64,000 nt of DNA from Octopus vulgaris (GCA_951406725.2 OX597814.1:175088001-175152000); one strand, 5' to 3'. Positions 50,993-62,172 are shown, counted from the first letter of the stretch. The notes: generated from the sequence alone by a model not told the origin. Numbers and translations are program-made.

Positions 50993-51202
50993 GTAATTTT
51001 TCTTTGCTAAACAGGGTTAAATATTCTTTCACATGGAAACACAAAAAATTATAGACTAATATCAATTTGAAAAATATATTAGGACATTTTAGCATGTTTA
51101 TTAGGCAATAAATTTTATAAATCTAATGTATTTCTGCAATCAAACATTCCAAAAATTTGTTTTAAACACTTCAATTATGTTTTAAATACACACATATTTA
51201 TA

Positions 51203-51502
51203 GTGGAAGCACATGGTGTAGTGCTTAGAGCAGTAAACTTGCAGTTAAGAGATCACGGGTTCGAATCTCAGACTGGGCAATGTGTGTGTTTATGTGTGAA
51301 ACACCTAAGCTCTACATGGCTCTGGCAAAAGGTAATGGTGAACTTCTGCTGACTCTTTCGCCACAACTTCCTCTCACTCTTTCCTCTGCATCTAGCAACT
51401 CACATGTGACGAACCAGTGTCCCATCCAGGTGAGAAATCTATATGCCAATGAAACTGGGAAACCAGCCCATATGAGTCAGGCATGGCTCGAGAAGGAACA
51501 AA
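51203..51502 (+). mobile_element. SINE family D-related copy
   Basis: gtggaagcacatggtgtagtg, gggttcgaatctc, gaaacacctaagctc and gtgtcccatccagg align with the 43692-44009 element. Confidence 0.85.
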
Positions 51503-52156
51503 CACACACACATACACACACACACACACATACATATATACATACATATACATTCCTATTTATATATGTACATACACACATACATACATATTTATATATG
51601 TACAAAGGTGCAACCACCTCTATAGTGTTGGTGCCTCAAAAATATGCACCCAATATACTCTGTAAAGTAGTTAGCATTAGGAAAGACATCCAGGCTTAGA
51701 AATGACTAAACTGAGACATTGATGCATAATGTAGTCCCCAAACTTGGATCCTGTTCAACCCATACCAGCATGGAAAGTAGCCACAAAATGGTGATAGCTA
51801 ATAAATCACAAATCCACTTCTTAGTAATCAGTTACTCCAATGAATATATATATATATATATATATATATAGCATAATTTGAATATATTTATTAGAATATA
51901 CACCAAGTTGAATCAGAATATTTTAGAATCAATTAGAATGTTTTGCTTAGAGAAATAAACAAACATTAATTTTTATTGTAATTATTTTCAAAATATAATA
52001 GAAAGTGATCAAGATTTGATGAAGAGGTTAATGGTTTTATAACAAAATAGCATATAGTGATGTATCTATTTGATTTAATTTTTATAAAACTTCCATCTAT
52101 TAATGTATATACTTGACGCATTAATAATTTTTTTTTTCTGGTATTTATCCTTATAG

Positions 52157-52563
52157 GTTGAATTAGATAAAATTCCAGAAACCCTTTTGTGTGGAGAAGT
52201 CCAAAGTATCACTCTGAAGTTCTGTAATGATGGAACAATTCCATTGAAAAATCTCAAAGTAGCATCCAATACACCTAGTTTCTTGGCTCTTGGCACTGAT
52301 GTGGATCTTGTTGATTCTGTACCATTTTCTAGTATATATCAAACACAAGGGGAAGATATTTGTGGAGAAATACCTGGCAATGAGCCAAAAGAGGTTGCAA
52401 TGAATGGCATTATAGTAATTGATATACCCATTCCAAATGGAATATTAAAACCAAATTTTACAATGACTGTTCCTATGTGGATACGGGGTAACGATGTTGC
52501 TGGGGTGCATACTATCAACTTTCTCTTCTATTATGAGCCTGTTGAACAAGATACTAAAATAAA
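52157..52563 (+). CDS. TRAPPC8: TRAPPC8 exon o (VELDKIPETLLCGEV...GVHTINFLFYYE...)
   Basis: ccttatag / AA|GTGAGT. LLCGE and PMWxRG...GVHxINFLFYYE motifs. Confidence 0.96.
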
Positions 52564-52735
52564 GTGAGTTATTCTTTCTATTTTTTAATTTTTCCCCTTT
52601 AGATTGTTTTATGTAGGTATTGATAGTTTTTTTTTTTTTTTTAGAGAAGAAACTTAATGTTATTATCATCATTGAATTCAAATACTACTGAATAAGACTT
52701 TGCCTGTCATTTTTCTGGAATGGATAAAATATGTA

Positions 52736-53032
52736 ATAATAAATCTCTGAACGAGATGTAAACAGTAACTGCTTGACAACGTAAAGTATACTAGCCATCT
52801 CAATATGTCTAACCACTAAGGGTGGGTGTTACTGTAGCTTTTAGCCCCAGGAGATCATCGTCTCCAGCTGGCTTTAGACACACTTTCTGTGCTCTTATGG
52901 TATTTGCAAATACCATAAGAGCACAGAAAGTGTGTCTAAAGCCAGCTGGAGACGATGATCTCCTGGGGCTAAAAGCTACAGTAACACCCACCTTTAGTGG
53001 TTAGCCATATTGAGATGGCTAGTATACTTTAC
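52736..53032. mobile_element. Fold-back insertion containing a 254-bp palindrome (52780-53033), flanked by a 13-bp direct repeat
   Basis: 127-bp arms centred on TTTG|CAAA (52906/52907), no spacer, 2 mismatches. GATAAAATATGTA at 52723-52735 and 53033-53045. Confidence 0.9.
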
Positions 53033-53171
53033 GATAAAATATGTACTTAACAAATACTGGGATCAATTTTTAATCAGCCATAATCCAAATAACTGACCTT
53101 TACTTATTTTAAAAATTATTTTCATTAAAAACCACTCATTCTAAATGTGCTTTTTGTATTGTTTTATTCAG

Positions 53172-53322
53172 ATACAGAGTATTACGTTATTCAGCTGTGA
53201 TAAATACAGTGGAATCATTGAATGTGCAAGCAACAATTCAAAGGAGTAGAGCATGTGTACAAAAATGTTCAGAGGATAAAGATGAGTGCTTCATAACTTG
53301 TGAACTTGAAAATTTGAATTCA
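53172..53322 (+). CDS. TRAPPC8: TRAPPC8 exon p (YRVLRYSAVINTVESLNVQATIQRS...ENLNS)
   Basis: ttattcag / GTAAGT. RxLRxxAxIxTxxSLNVxAT motif, phase 2 to 0. Confidence 0.93.
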
Positions 53323-53864
53323 GTAAGTGTTTTCTATTTTATTCTTAAATGAGAAGAAAGCCTAATTGATGAAATAGTTTCAATATCTTAAGATTGTTAA
53401 TCCCCTTCTGTTTTTCCATGATATGATGTGGTAAAAATCAAAAGCACTGAAGCCAAAATGATTGTGTATATTTGAGATTGTATATTATTGTGTGAGAAAC
53501 AGCTGCCCAGACTGTAATAGCTACACTGACCTGTAGCAACATGATGGAACAAAGTTAAGTCAAAATGTGGCTGTGTAATTTTAGTAATGATCACCAACAA
53601 ACAAACAGGTTACTACAAGAATAAAGCTTAACTAAAATTACATAGAATAATTATTACCTCACTACAATCAATTTGGAGGTGAACAAGGATGATATTAATG
53701 AATATTTTGAAAATAGAATCTTGTTTTGGTTAAGCAGTACAGTGACATCTATACTGCTCTTGGCTTGGTTATAATGTTATGTATATGGGACTGTTTGCAA
53801 AAATCTGCTGGAAAAGATTTGAAGAAAGCTACATCTGGTATTTTCATTTATATTTCATTTATAG

Positions 53865-53967
53865 GGCCAAACAAAAGCACCTCACTTAAAAACAATCCAA
53901 ATAAAGCAGATGTCATGTGCTAGTAGAAATTGGTCTATTAACTACCTCAGTACTCCAAAGAATACAG
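53865..53967 (+). CDS. TRAPPC8: TRAPPC8 exon q (GQTKAPHLKTIQIKQMSCASRNWSINYL...)
   Basis: catttatag / G|GTAAGA. IxQxSxxSxxW pattern, phase 0 to 1. Confidence 0.88.
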
Positions 53968-54567
53968 GTAAGATATTTTTTTAATTATATAATCATAATA
54001 CTTTTGTATGATTTTTGCACGAATGCTAAATTTCTAGAAAAGGAACTGCAAGAGAAAAAGCACTAACAACTACATCTTGCAATAGATTTCTTTATCAATT
54101 TCCATCTATCACCCTCTTAATCTCTCTCTTTCTCTTTTACATTCTTTTCTCTCCTTTCTTTCCTTCCTTCCTTCCTTCCTTCTGTGATTTGCTTGATCTA
54201 CACAGATTATATGTGGAATTAACTGTTGTAAATTAAGAATATCAAATATTGTTTCCAAAGATGGTGTATTTATGACTGGTTAGTCATAAATGTTATAGAC
54301 AATATTTTGATAACGAAAGGTTTGTAATTCCTACAAGTAAAACTGAGTTGGGATTACACTCTTCAAATAAAAATTTAATCAAAACTGCTAATACTTCATA
54401 GCATTGGTATTTCACCCGTAACTAAGAAAATGCCTACAGATATGTTATGAAAATAATATTGGTAGCACAAAATCCTTTGAATATAATTCATCTAAGTTGA
54501 ATACTATGGTTTTCAAAAAAAAAAAAAAAAAAAGAATATTTAACTATAATTTCAATTTGATTTTCAG

Positions 54568-54642
54568 AATTACTCATTCATAATCGTGAAACATTGCAAA
54601 TGTGTTTGAAAGCTATAGGAAAAAGAGCAACCTGTTGTGAAG
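54568..54642 (+). CDS. TRAPPC8: TRAPPC8 exon r (ELLIHNRETLQMCLKAIGKRATCCE)
   Basis: ttttcag / G|GTATCT. RExxxxCxKAI pattern, phase 1-1. Confidence 0.87.
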
Positions 54643-54714
54643 GTATCTATTTCTTCTTCAATCTACTTCATGTATTTCTTCATTTAAGTTTTCTAAAAGA
54701 TGCAAGCAATCTAA

Positions 54715-54935
54715 CCCTTTAGCATTCAGATTACTCTGATAAATGTAATGCTAATTGATTCACATTGTTTTGAATTAATCATGCATTATCTTGAAGCTTT
54801 GAGACTACAGTGATGTGATAGATTATTTTTAGAATGACATTGTAGGGTAGGTGTGAGAGGCCAAATCTGACTGGTTTGAACATATGGTAAAGTAGAATAT
54901 TTGGGCCAGATGTGGCCTGTTGAAATGCTAAAGGG
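54715..54935. mobile_element. piggyBac-type MITE, same family
   Basis: ctaa|CCCTTTAGCATT ... AATGCTAAAGGG|ttta, with degenerate TTAA sites. Confidence 0.8.
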
Positions 54936-55094
54936 TTTAGTGTCTAAATATCTGAGATAAGTTAATAAGATTGTAATCTTATATTTACAATTCAGTTTGA
55001 ACTTCCAATTGTCATCAGGTTTCTTATTCTTGGATATCTACATAATTTGAATTCAGACTATGTGCATTTATTTCTAAAAGTGTTGTATGTTGTT

Positions 55095-55130
<36 letters not shown>

Positions 55131-55132
55131 AC

Positions 55133-55281
55133 AGATTTCATTCAGTTTCTGCTAAATTCTACTCACCAGGCTTAAGTCAGCCTGAGGCTATAGTTGAAGA
55201 CACTTGCCCACAGTACCACACAGTGGGAGTGATCATAAAACTGTGTGTTTGGGAAGCAAACTTGTTAACCACACAGCCACC
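55133..55281 (-). mobile_element. SINE family A, 5' half
   Basis: tgaggctatagttgaagacacttgccca...accacacagccac. Confidence 0.8.
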
Positions 55282-55347
55282 CCTATCTATCTACCTACTT
55301 ATGTATCTAAACCCCCCGGCTATTTTGTAGAACATTGAAATATTGGT

Positions 55348-55550
55348 TTCAGATTTTGGCTTGAGGCCAGCAATTTGGGGGAGGAAGTAAGTTGATTACA
55401 TCGGCCCCAGTGCTCAACTGGTACTTATTTTATCAACCCCCCCCAAAAAATAAAAGGCGGAGTTGACCTTGCTAGAATTTGAACTCAGAACAGAGATGGA
55501 TGAAATGCTAAGTATTTCGCCTGGTATGTCACCAATTCTGCCAGCTTGCC
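55348..55550 (-). mobile_element. SINE family B copy
   Basis: aggccagcaattt...caactggtacttattttatc...gaatttgaactcagaac...aattctgccagcttgcc. Confidence 0.85.
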
Positions 55551-56246
55551 TCTTTCAGAACACTGAAATAGTGATCACTATCAATTGGTGTCATTGGCCT
55601 GAGAGTTCTATCTTCTGTAGGATCGTCAAGAGATTAACGTCTCGTCATGTGTCGTTATATTGTGTCAGTGGTTGCTTGTAGATTACATACTACTGAAGGT
55701 GTTCGCATTCCATCTGGCAGCAAAGTTTAGCAGAATTTGATGGTTTATTTTGAAAGTTTTACTGAAATGCACCAAATTCCATTCAAATTTTTTACTGTTT
55801 TATCGCCCCACTTCTTAGCAAATGTGATTTTCATTTGCATTGTTAGGAGTAATCTTTAAGTTCTGTAGTACTTCCTTTGCTGCATAAGCTTGCAGTTTAT
55901 TTTCATACTCAACAAATGCTATATCACATTATCAACCATGCACCAATTGAATCTCTTTAGAAATGAGAGATTGAGCAAGCAACATAAACAACACCATTTC
56001 TGTAGTTTGTTCATGAAAATTAGTTAGAACAGAATTTGATTTGGGGGTTACTCTAGAATGGTATTTTATCTGCTATATTTGTAGCATTTTGAACTGGCTG
56101 TTGTATAAAATTGTTAGTTAAATGGGTCTTAATAGCATTCATAAAAACTAGAATAGCAACAGTTTTTAAGAAATCTTGCAAATAAAATACCGATTCTGTG
56201 ATATTTTCCATTGAATTTGATTGTATTTTATTTCTGTCTTTTGTAG

Positions 56247-56305
56247 GTGAATCAGAAAAGTCTCGTAAGGTGTATTTTAGCAATACCCATTTTAATGAAA
56301 CAAAA
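56247..56305 (+). CDS. TRAPPC8: TRAPPC8 exon s (GESEKSRKVYFSNTHFNETK)
   Basis: tcttttgtag / AAA|GTAAGT. Restores phase 1 to 0 between the neighbours. Confidence 0.85.
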
Positions 56306-56959
56306 GTAAGTTAGAAACTGCAATAGTTTCATTCCTCTTTAATTTTTGTCTCCTCAAAAGTAATTTGAAATATTGATAAGTTCAATTTTACATTCTCAGC
56401 AAAATTAATTTGGAAAATTGAAAGTTTACTTATGGCTGGATACCTTCACACTGTTGTAAAGACTTGTTAGATGATTTGATACTAGAAAACCATTTAAATA
56501 GAAATTGCTTGGTCTTTTGTCTGATGCATTGATGAAGACATACTCATTCATCAGCATTCTAGAATAGAACTAATATTTTTGCTTTGTATAAGTTGCTCTT
56601 CATATATAACAGATTGTGGCCTGTATGTCTGTATGCTAACATTACAGTATAGTTTTACTACTTGAAAATCATGGCTAATAACTAGTGCTTATAAAATTCT
56701 GTTTGTATTTTGTGCAGTACTTAATATAATTTAATATTTACTGTATACTTTATATATGAAGAAAAAAAAATAGAAAGGCCTTTCAAAATTTTGACTTATT
56801 ATATGAAACTAAGGTAGTGGAGTAGAAAAAAATATAAGCCAGATGTCTTTGATTTGTACAATATATATGTGAAATCAATTGAAATTTGTTGGAAATTATG
56901 ATTTGAAATTTTGTTTCTAAAGTTGGGTTTATAAATGATTAGTACAAAAGAATGTTACA

Positions 56960-57200
56960 GAACACTGAAATACATATGTTATCTTGGATGTTTAAAACTG
57001 AAAGAAAAAAAGCGATTGAAGTATTTGGTGGATGGCAGAGTAACAGTGAAGGAGACATATGAAGTAGTGAAAGTAGATTGCAGTACGTTGGGCCTCAAAC
57101 AAGAGTTTATGGAGAATCAACATGATTGATGACATAGTTGTAAAGTAGGCCTGTTCATTCCATGCCAGGCTGGGGAAGGGGAAAGGACGCTAAAATAACG
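56960..57200 (+). mobile_element. RTE 3'-end remnant
   Basis: KETYEVVKVDCSTLGL resembles KTWxEVVxxDLxxLGL, followed by a ccatgccag...ggacgctaaaat tail. Confidence 0.5.
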
Positions 57201-57687
57201 TATTTATAAAGTAACATCAGATTAAAATGTATCTAAACATTAATATTTGGAAGTAAAAACAAAAAAGGATTGTGCTTTTTTTACCTGACAAACCATGGAA
57301 AAAGTTTAGTAAAATAATTGCCATTCTAAGGTTATTATAAATATTGTAATTAATGCCATCATGTATGGAAAATGCAAAATACATATGTCATTTGATAAAT
57401 TTAATTCTTTAAATTAGCACATATAATCTCAGAAAAGCATTAGATTGTCATTTTGGAAAAGAAAACTCTATGCTGTTTCTTACTGTTGGGGGACAATAAA
57501 ATATTTTATAAGTTGAATCTTCTAGTTGATTTACATATTTGTGAACCACCTTTTTTCACTTTGCAAAACTACAGCCACAGATTTTACTTTTGTAGCTTCA
57601 TGGAAAGTAAATTGTTGCTTAAGTAATCTTTCCACTTCCCATAATTTTTATATTTTATGTTTTCTAACTTTTATTTTTCTATTCTAG

Positions 57688-57861
57688 ATTAAAAGTTCCA
57701 AGACACCTTGCTCGGATTTTTATTACAAATGCACACAGAACTGTGATCAGCAGTCAACTTTAATATCCAGTTATTCACCTAATACTAATAATAAGCATTC
57801 CAAATTCAGTGACCTTGATACTGCCATTGAAGTGAATTTAACATTAATTATCTTATGGCAG
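57688..57861 (+). CDS. TRAPPC8: TRAPPC8 exon t (IKSSKTPCSDFYYK...EVNLTLIILWQ)
   Basis: attctag / CAG|GTAAAT. IxSSxxPCxDF and EVxLxxxILW motifs. Confidence 0.94.
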
Positions 57862-57947
57862 GTAAATACGGTTTTACTAGTTTCAGCCTGTGAACTGTTG
57901 TTACTTCGTTATTTCATAAATTAATCTGAATTTTCTTCTCAGTACCT

Positions 57948-58313
57948 ATCTTATTTCAGTCATTAGACTGCAGCCATGCTGAAGCACTGCCTTGAAAATT
58001 TTTTAGTCAAATTGACCTTTTTTTAAAAAAAAAAGCCTGGTACTTAGTGGTTCAGCAAAAAGGCCAATAAACTAAGTCACAGGGATGTAAACTCACCACT
58101 ACTGGTTGTCAAGCAGTAAAAGGGACAAATACAGACACACACATACACATATATAATTGGTTTCTTTCAATTTCTGTCTACTAAATCGACTCACAAAGCT
58201 TTGGTCAACCTGAGGCTATAGTAGAAGACACCCATGGTGTCACACAGTAGGTCTAAACTGGAACCATATGGTTGGGAAGCAAACTTCTTACCATACAGCC
58301 ATGCCTGCACCTA
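57948..58313 (-). mobile_element. SINE family A, near full length
   Basis: Same landmarks as 40755-41120. Confidence 0.85.
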
Positions 58314-58932
58314 TATTTATAAAAAGAAGTCTTGAAAAATTTTCCTATGTGGTATAAAAGTCTTATCCATTTTTAAAAGTAATTTGAGAATTTTCTAAAA
58401 ATTAGTTATTGTAAATGTTAAGATTTATTATTAGAATAGAATAGTTTGAGTGAAGCATTGTGTAATATTACATTAGATTAACACTTGATAAGGCTGAAAC
58501 ATTGTAAAAATGAACTACGAAACCATAACAGTTGAAATAGAATGTAAATCTCCAACTTTTGTTCTATTTTCATTTTTGTAGTTCACTTTGTATTTTGTTT
58601 CGCATTGTTTTGGCCTGATGAAATTTTATGTAATATAATCTTTGTACAATCCAATTCAATATCTATGCCATCTAAATGCATATACAAAGAACTGTGTTAT
58701 ATATAGTGTCCCTCTGAGTGTTACTCCTGTCTGTTAACTTTGCATTTCATTCTTCCTGGGTTGGTAAAATAAAATGTCTGTTAAGAACAGGGGTTATACA
58801 ATCAACTATATTCCTCTCCCCAATACGTATAGTCTTGTATTGTACATGGGACATTGAAAGAGTTTGCTAATGCATGCTAAGCATGCAAATTGGCCTTTCT
58901 TCAGTGCTTATTTGTTACTTTAAAAACTTTTT

Positions 58933-59340
58933 ATCATCATCATCATCATCGTTTAACGTCTGTTTTCCATGCTAGCATGGGTTGGATGGTTCGACCAGGT
59001 CTGAAAAGCCAGCAGGCTGCACCAGGCTCCAGTCTGATCTGGCAGTGTTTCTACAGCTGGATGCCCTTCCTAACACCAACCACTCCATGAGTGTAGTGGG
59101 TGCTTTTTACGTGCCACCGGCACAGGTGCCAGGGGAGGCTGGCAGTGGCCACGATTGGTTGGGGCTTTTTACGTGCCACCGGCACTATTTTCATTTGATA
59201 TTTATTCTGATGTTTATGTACTTGACTCAATAGTTCTTCTCAAGCACAGCAGGTCACCCTGCGATTCAAGGTAAGCACAGCAGGTCACCCTGCGATCCAA
59301 GGTAAGCACAGCAGGTCGTTCTGCAATCCAAGGTACTTTT
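58933..59340 (-). mobile_element. Family C copy with internal 31-bp tandem triplication (59242-59334)
   Basis: (CAT)n gtttaacgtc...ctacagctggatgcccttcctaac. Unit aagcacagcaggtcaccctgcgattcaaggt occurs 3 times. Confidence 0.88.
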
Positions 59341-59422
59341 ATATGTATTGGTAATTGTTTCATTGTTTCTGAATGAATATGAATTAGCTATTTTAATTGT
59401 ATGTTTTGTTCCTTTCTCATAG

Positions 59423-59527
59423 GCTTTAGTGGTACAAGATTCAGGTGAGACAGTTACACTGGTTGGACAACATCATGTAACCTTTACAAAGCTTAACAAG
59501 TCTGCAACATCTTATCCTGTAACTAAA
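59423..59527 (+). CDS. TRAPPC8: TRAPPC8 exon u (ALVVQDSGETVTLVGQHHVTF...SYPVTK)
   Basis: ttctcatag / GTTAGT. LxGQHHV motif, 105 nt, phase 0-0. Confidence 0.95.
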
Positions 59528-59866
59528 GTTAGTAAAATTTAAAATATTCTTTATTCAAATGTTTTACATTAAAAAAAATTTTTTTCTTGAATGTGAAATG
59601 AAAGCCTTTGGCTCTTGATGACAGTTATATTATTCTTTTTACCTTTGCTACATAAATTAATATAAAGTAAATCAGCCAATGAGAGAACATTTACATCATT
59701 GCTTGACCTAATAGAATTAGCAGACAAATCTCCTGCAAAGCACACTGTCTTTTAAAAAAATGTCACATTGGATAATGTAATCTAAGATACTATATTAGTA
59801 GTAACTCAAAACTGGATAACAACAATGGGTGTTGCACTTACATTTTTTAGGACACATACACTTGAC

Positions 59867-60272
59867 ATTGAGTCAAGTACATCAACATCAAAATAAATAT
59901 CAAATGAAAATTGTAGTTATGGTACCTGTGCCGGCGGCACATAAAAAGCACCATCTGAACCGATGCCAGTGCCGCCTTGACTGGCTTCTGTGCCGGTGGC
60001 ACATGACCTGCTGTGCTTGAGGAGACCTATTGAATAAAGTACATCAACATCAAAATAAATATCAAATAGAAATTGTAGTTATGATACCTGTGCCGGCGGC
60101 ACGTAAAAAGCACCAACCAATCATGGCCGCTGCCAGCCTTCCCTGGCACGCAAAAAACACCCACTACACTCACGATCAGACTGGAGCCTTGTGCAGCCTC
60201 CTGGTTTCCCAGACCCCGGTCGAACCATCCAACCTGTGCCAGCACAGAAAACAGACGTTAAATGATGATGAT
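59867..60272 (+). mobile_element. Family C copy, inverted relative to 58933-59340, with an internal duplication of about 160-bp period
   Basis: aagtacatcaacatcaaaataaatatcaaat occurs twice. Ends gacgttaaatgatgatgatg. Confidence 0.88.
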
Positions 60273-60842
60273 GGCACACACATATACAAACTCTGAGTTG
60301 AATGACTGGTGTTGAGAAGCAAAGCCAGTTCTAAAGAGAAGTAACAAGAATTTACAAACATAAATCATGCCATTTGCGTTTTCGTGGATTAGTAGCTATA
60401 AAACAGAAAAAAAAAATGTTGGTCAATCCCATTTTGTGAATTTCTTTCAATCATATTTGTTAGTCTCTTTGAACAAGAACTGTGTCAACCTCTGTAGTCA
60501 GAGGGAGCCTACAAAGGCCATTAGATGCAAATTGCCATCCTTCTCTGATTAATTAATTAAAAAGAAATTTGCCATCACGGGTTGCTTGGGAACGCAGCCC
60601 AAAGCGGGTGGATTGTTTCATCTGTAATCTGGTTTCAATTTACTTAGCCTCTAATAACTCATGATACCTCTTGAATTAGTTAACACAAGCAGTGCTTTTG
60701 TTTTGTTTTTGTTTTTTTGCAAGTTAAATTTTTGTTTGTTTTAAGTATGTATTGTAAAGTATACAAAAATTAATCTGAACTAACAATAATATAATCCTCA
60801 TTAGTGGATATTCTTAAGACAGTAATAAATCTCTTTTGACAG

Positions 60843-61050
60843 CATCATCATTAAGTGTCTCCTTTCCATGCTAGCATGGGTTTGACTGAAACTGGTAAGC
60901 TGGAAGGCTGTACCAGGTTCCAATCTGATTTGGCATGGTTTCTAAAGCTGGATGCCCTTCCTAATGCCAACCACCCCCAGAGTGTAATGGATGCTTTCTA
61001 GGTCATTGGCACAGATGCCAGTCACATAACACTGGCATCGTCTACGGCTA
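60843..61050 (-). mobile_element. Family C copy
   Basis: catcatcatt...ttccatgctagcatggg...gctggatgcccttcctaatgccaacc. Confidence 0.8.
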
Positions 61051-61207
61051 CAATTCCACTTGGCTTCCAAAGGAAATAGAATGCTGTGTTTAAATAAGAA
61101 GTAAAATAGAATATCATTTTAGATTTATAATTCATAAAATTTGGCTCTCTTATATTACATTTGTAAAACCATAAATTTACTCTTTTTTTCCTTTTTTTTG
61201 ATTCCAG

Positions 61208-61353
61208 CAGCAGCCTGATGTGGGTCCTTTGAAATTCATAAAAGACATTGAAAATATTCCTGTACCTAAACCTAGCCTTGAAGTTAGCACACATTTGGTT
61301 CACTACAATTTCTCACATGAATCTAATATTAAACACCAATTTAAGAAAAAATG
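61208..61353 (+). CDS. TRAPPC8: TRAPPC8 exon v (QQPDVGPLKFIKD...KHQFKKK); start could be 61208, 61211 or 61214
   Basis: Poly-T...cCAGCAGCAG tandem acceptor, TG|GTAAGA donor, phase 0 to 2. Confidence 0.88.
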
Positions 61354-61459
61354 GTAAGATAGTTTTATAAGATGTATTATATTGTTTAACCCAGCCTCTT
61401 ACATTGTCTCTATAGAAGCTGTAAGTTTATTTAAATGTTAGCAAGTCTGTCTTGGTATG

Positions 61460-61780
61460 GAATACCACAACATTATAAGCGGAAAATGTAACCTCTCGAA
61501 AGAGCTGTTCTTCACTCCTGCTCCAGTGTGTGGGCTGCGGGGTCACTCTGAAAAGCTCTATCTACAACGATTTCATCTCAATCAAAGGAGAGGGGCTTTC
61601 TCCGTCCGGGTTGCAGATCCATGGAATAAGCTGCCGGACAAGATAGTGAAGATGCCGACGACCGCTCGGTTCAAAGTCTCTCTTGACCAGGAATGGCCTG
61701 AACTCTTTGTATGACCACCCTCCCTGTACATAACTTCCTGTCCCCCTACATGGCCTTGCTTTTGCTTTTTGAGCCAATAA
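61460..61780 (+). mobile_element. 5'-truncated CR1-group LINE 3' end (ORF2 C-terminus + 3' UTR)
   Basis: Uninterrupted LRGHSEKL...RRGAFSVRVADPWNKLP..IV......FKVSLD matches the CR1/L2 C-terminal motif. CpG-rich. Confidence 0.9.
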
Positions 61781-62082
61781 AAATTTAATTGAATTATCGA
61801 GATTTTTTTCCTTGATTAAATCTTTACAAAATGATTCAGTTTACTGTTTAAGTTGGATAATTAAACTTAAACGTAGTTGCTAAATTTATATAACTAAATT
61901 TGATTTCACCATTTAATACAATGATAAAATTTATGATTTACTAAAATTAAACTGTATAGTTTCAGAAAGTCATGACTGTTATAAAATACACTGTGATTAT
62001 ATATTGTCCTAGTACATAGGAATGACTATACATCATTTTATGTAATCTTCCTTTAATAAATTTATTTTTGCATTATTTGTAG

Positions 62083-62172
62083 TCTATGTCTGCTGCCAGT
62101 AAGAATGATTTTATGCAACTGTTCAAGAGTTCCAGTACATGTTCTCATTGATACAGGAAAATCACCAGAAAG
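62083..62172 (+). CDS. TRAPPC8: TRAPPC8 exon w (LCLLPVRMILCNCSRVPVHVLIDT...); gene continues beyond the window
   Basis: atttgtag / AG|GTTAGT. LCLxPVxxxLxNCS motif. Confidence 0.93.

Noticed and set aside
51203-51280. tRNA gene
   Set aside because: The A/B boxes continue into a SINE body shared with 43692-44009, so this is a tRNA-derived SINE head.
52820-52990. Self-cleaving ribozyme in the palindrome arm (GTC-TCCAGCT-GGC HDV-like; CTGGAGA hammerhead-like)
   Set aside because: By eye, the HDV L3 G and the J1.1/4 GG are missing, and the hammerhead CUGANGA/GAAA core is not met. An Infernal or RNAMotif search on the family consensus would settle it.
52809-53004. Two nearly identical 60-aa ORFs on opposite strands
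   Set aside because: A direct consequence of the palindrome, with no coding evidence.
54643-54650. U12-type intron (GTATCTAT donor)
   Set aside because: It deviates from GTATCCTT and I saw no TCCTTAAC branch near 56246.
58615-58650. CTGATGA as a hammerhead core
   Set aside because: No stem II closed by GAAA follows.
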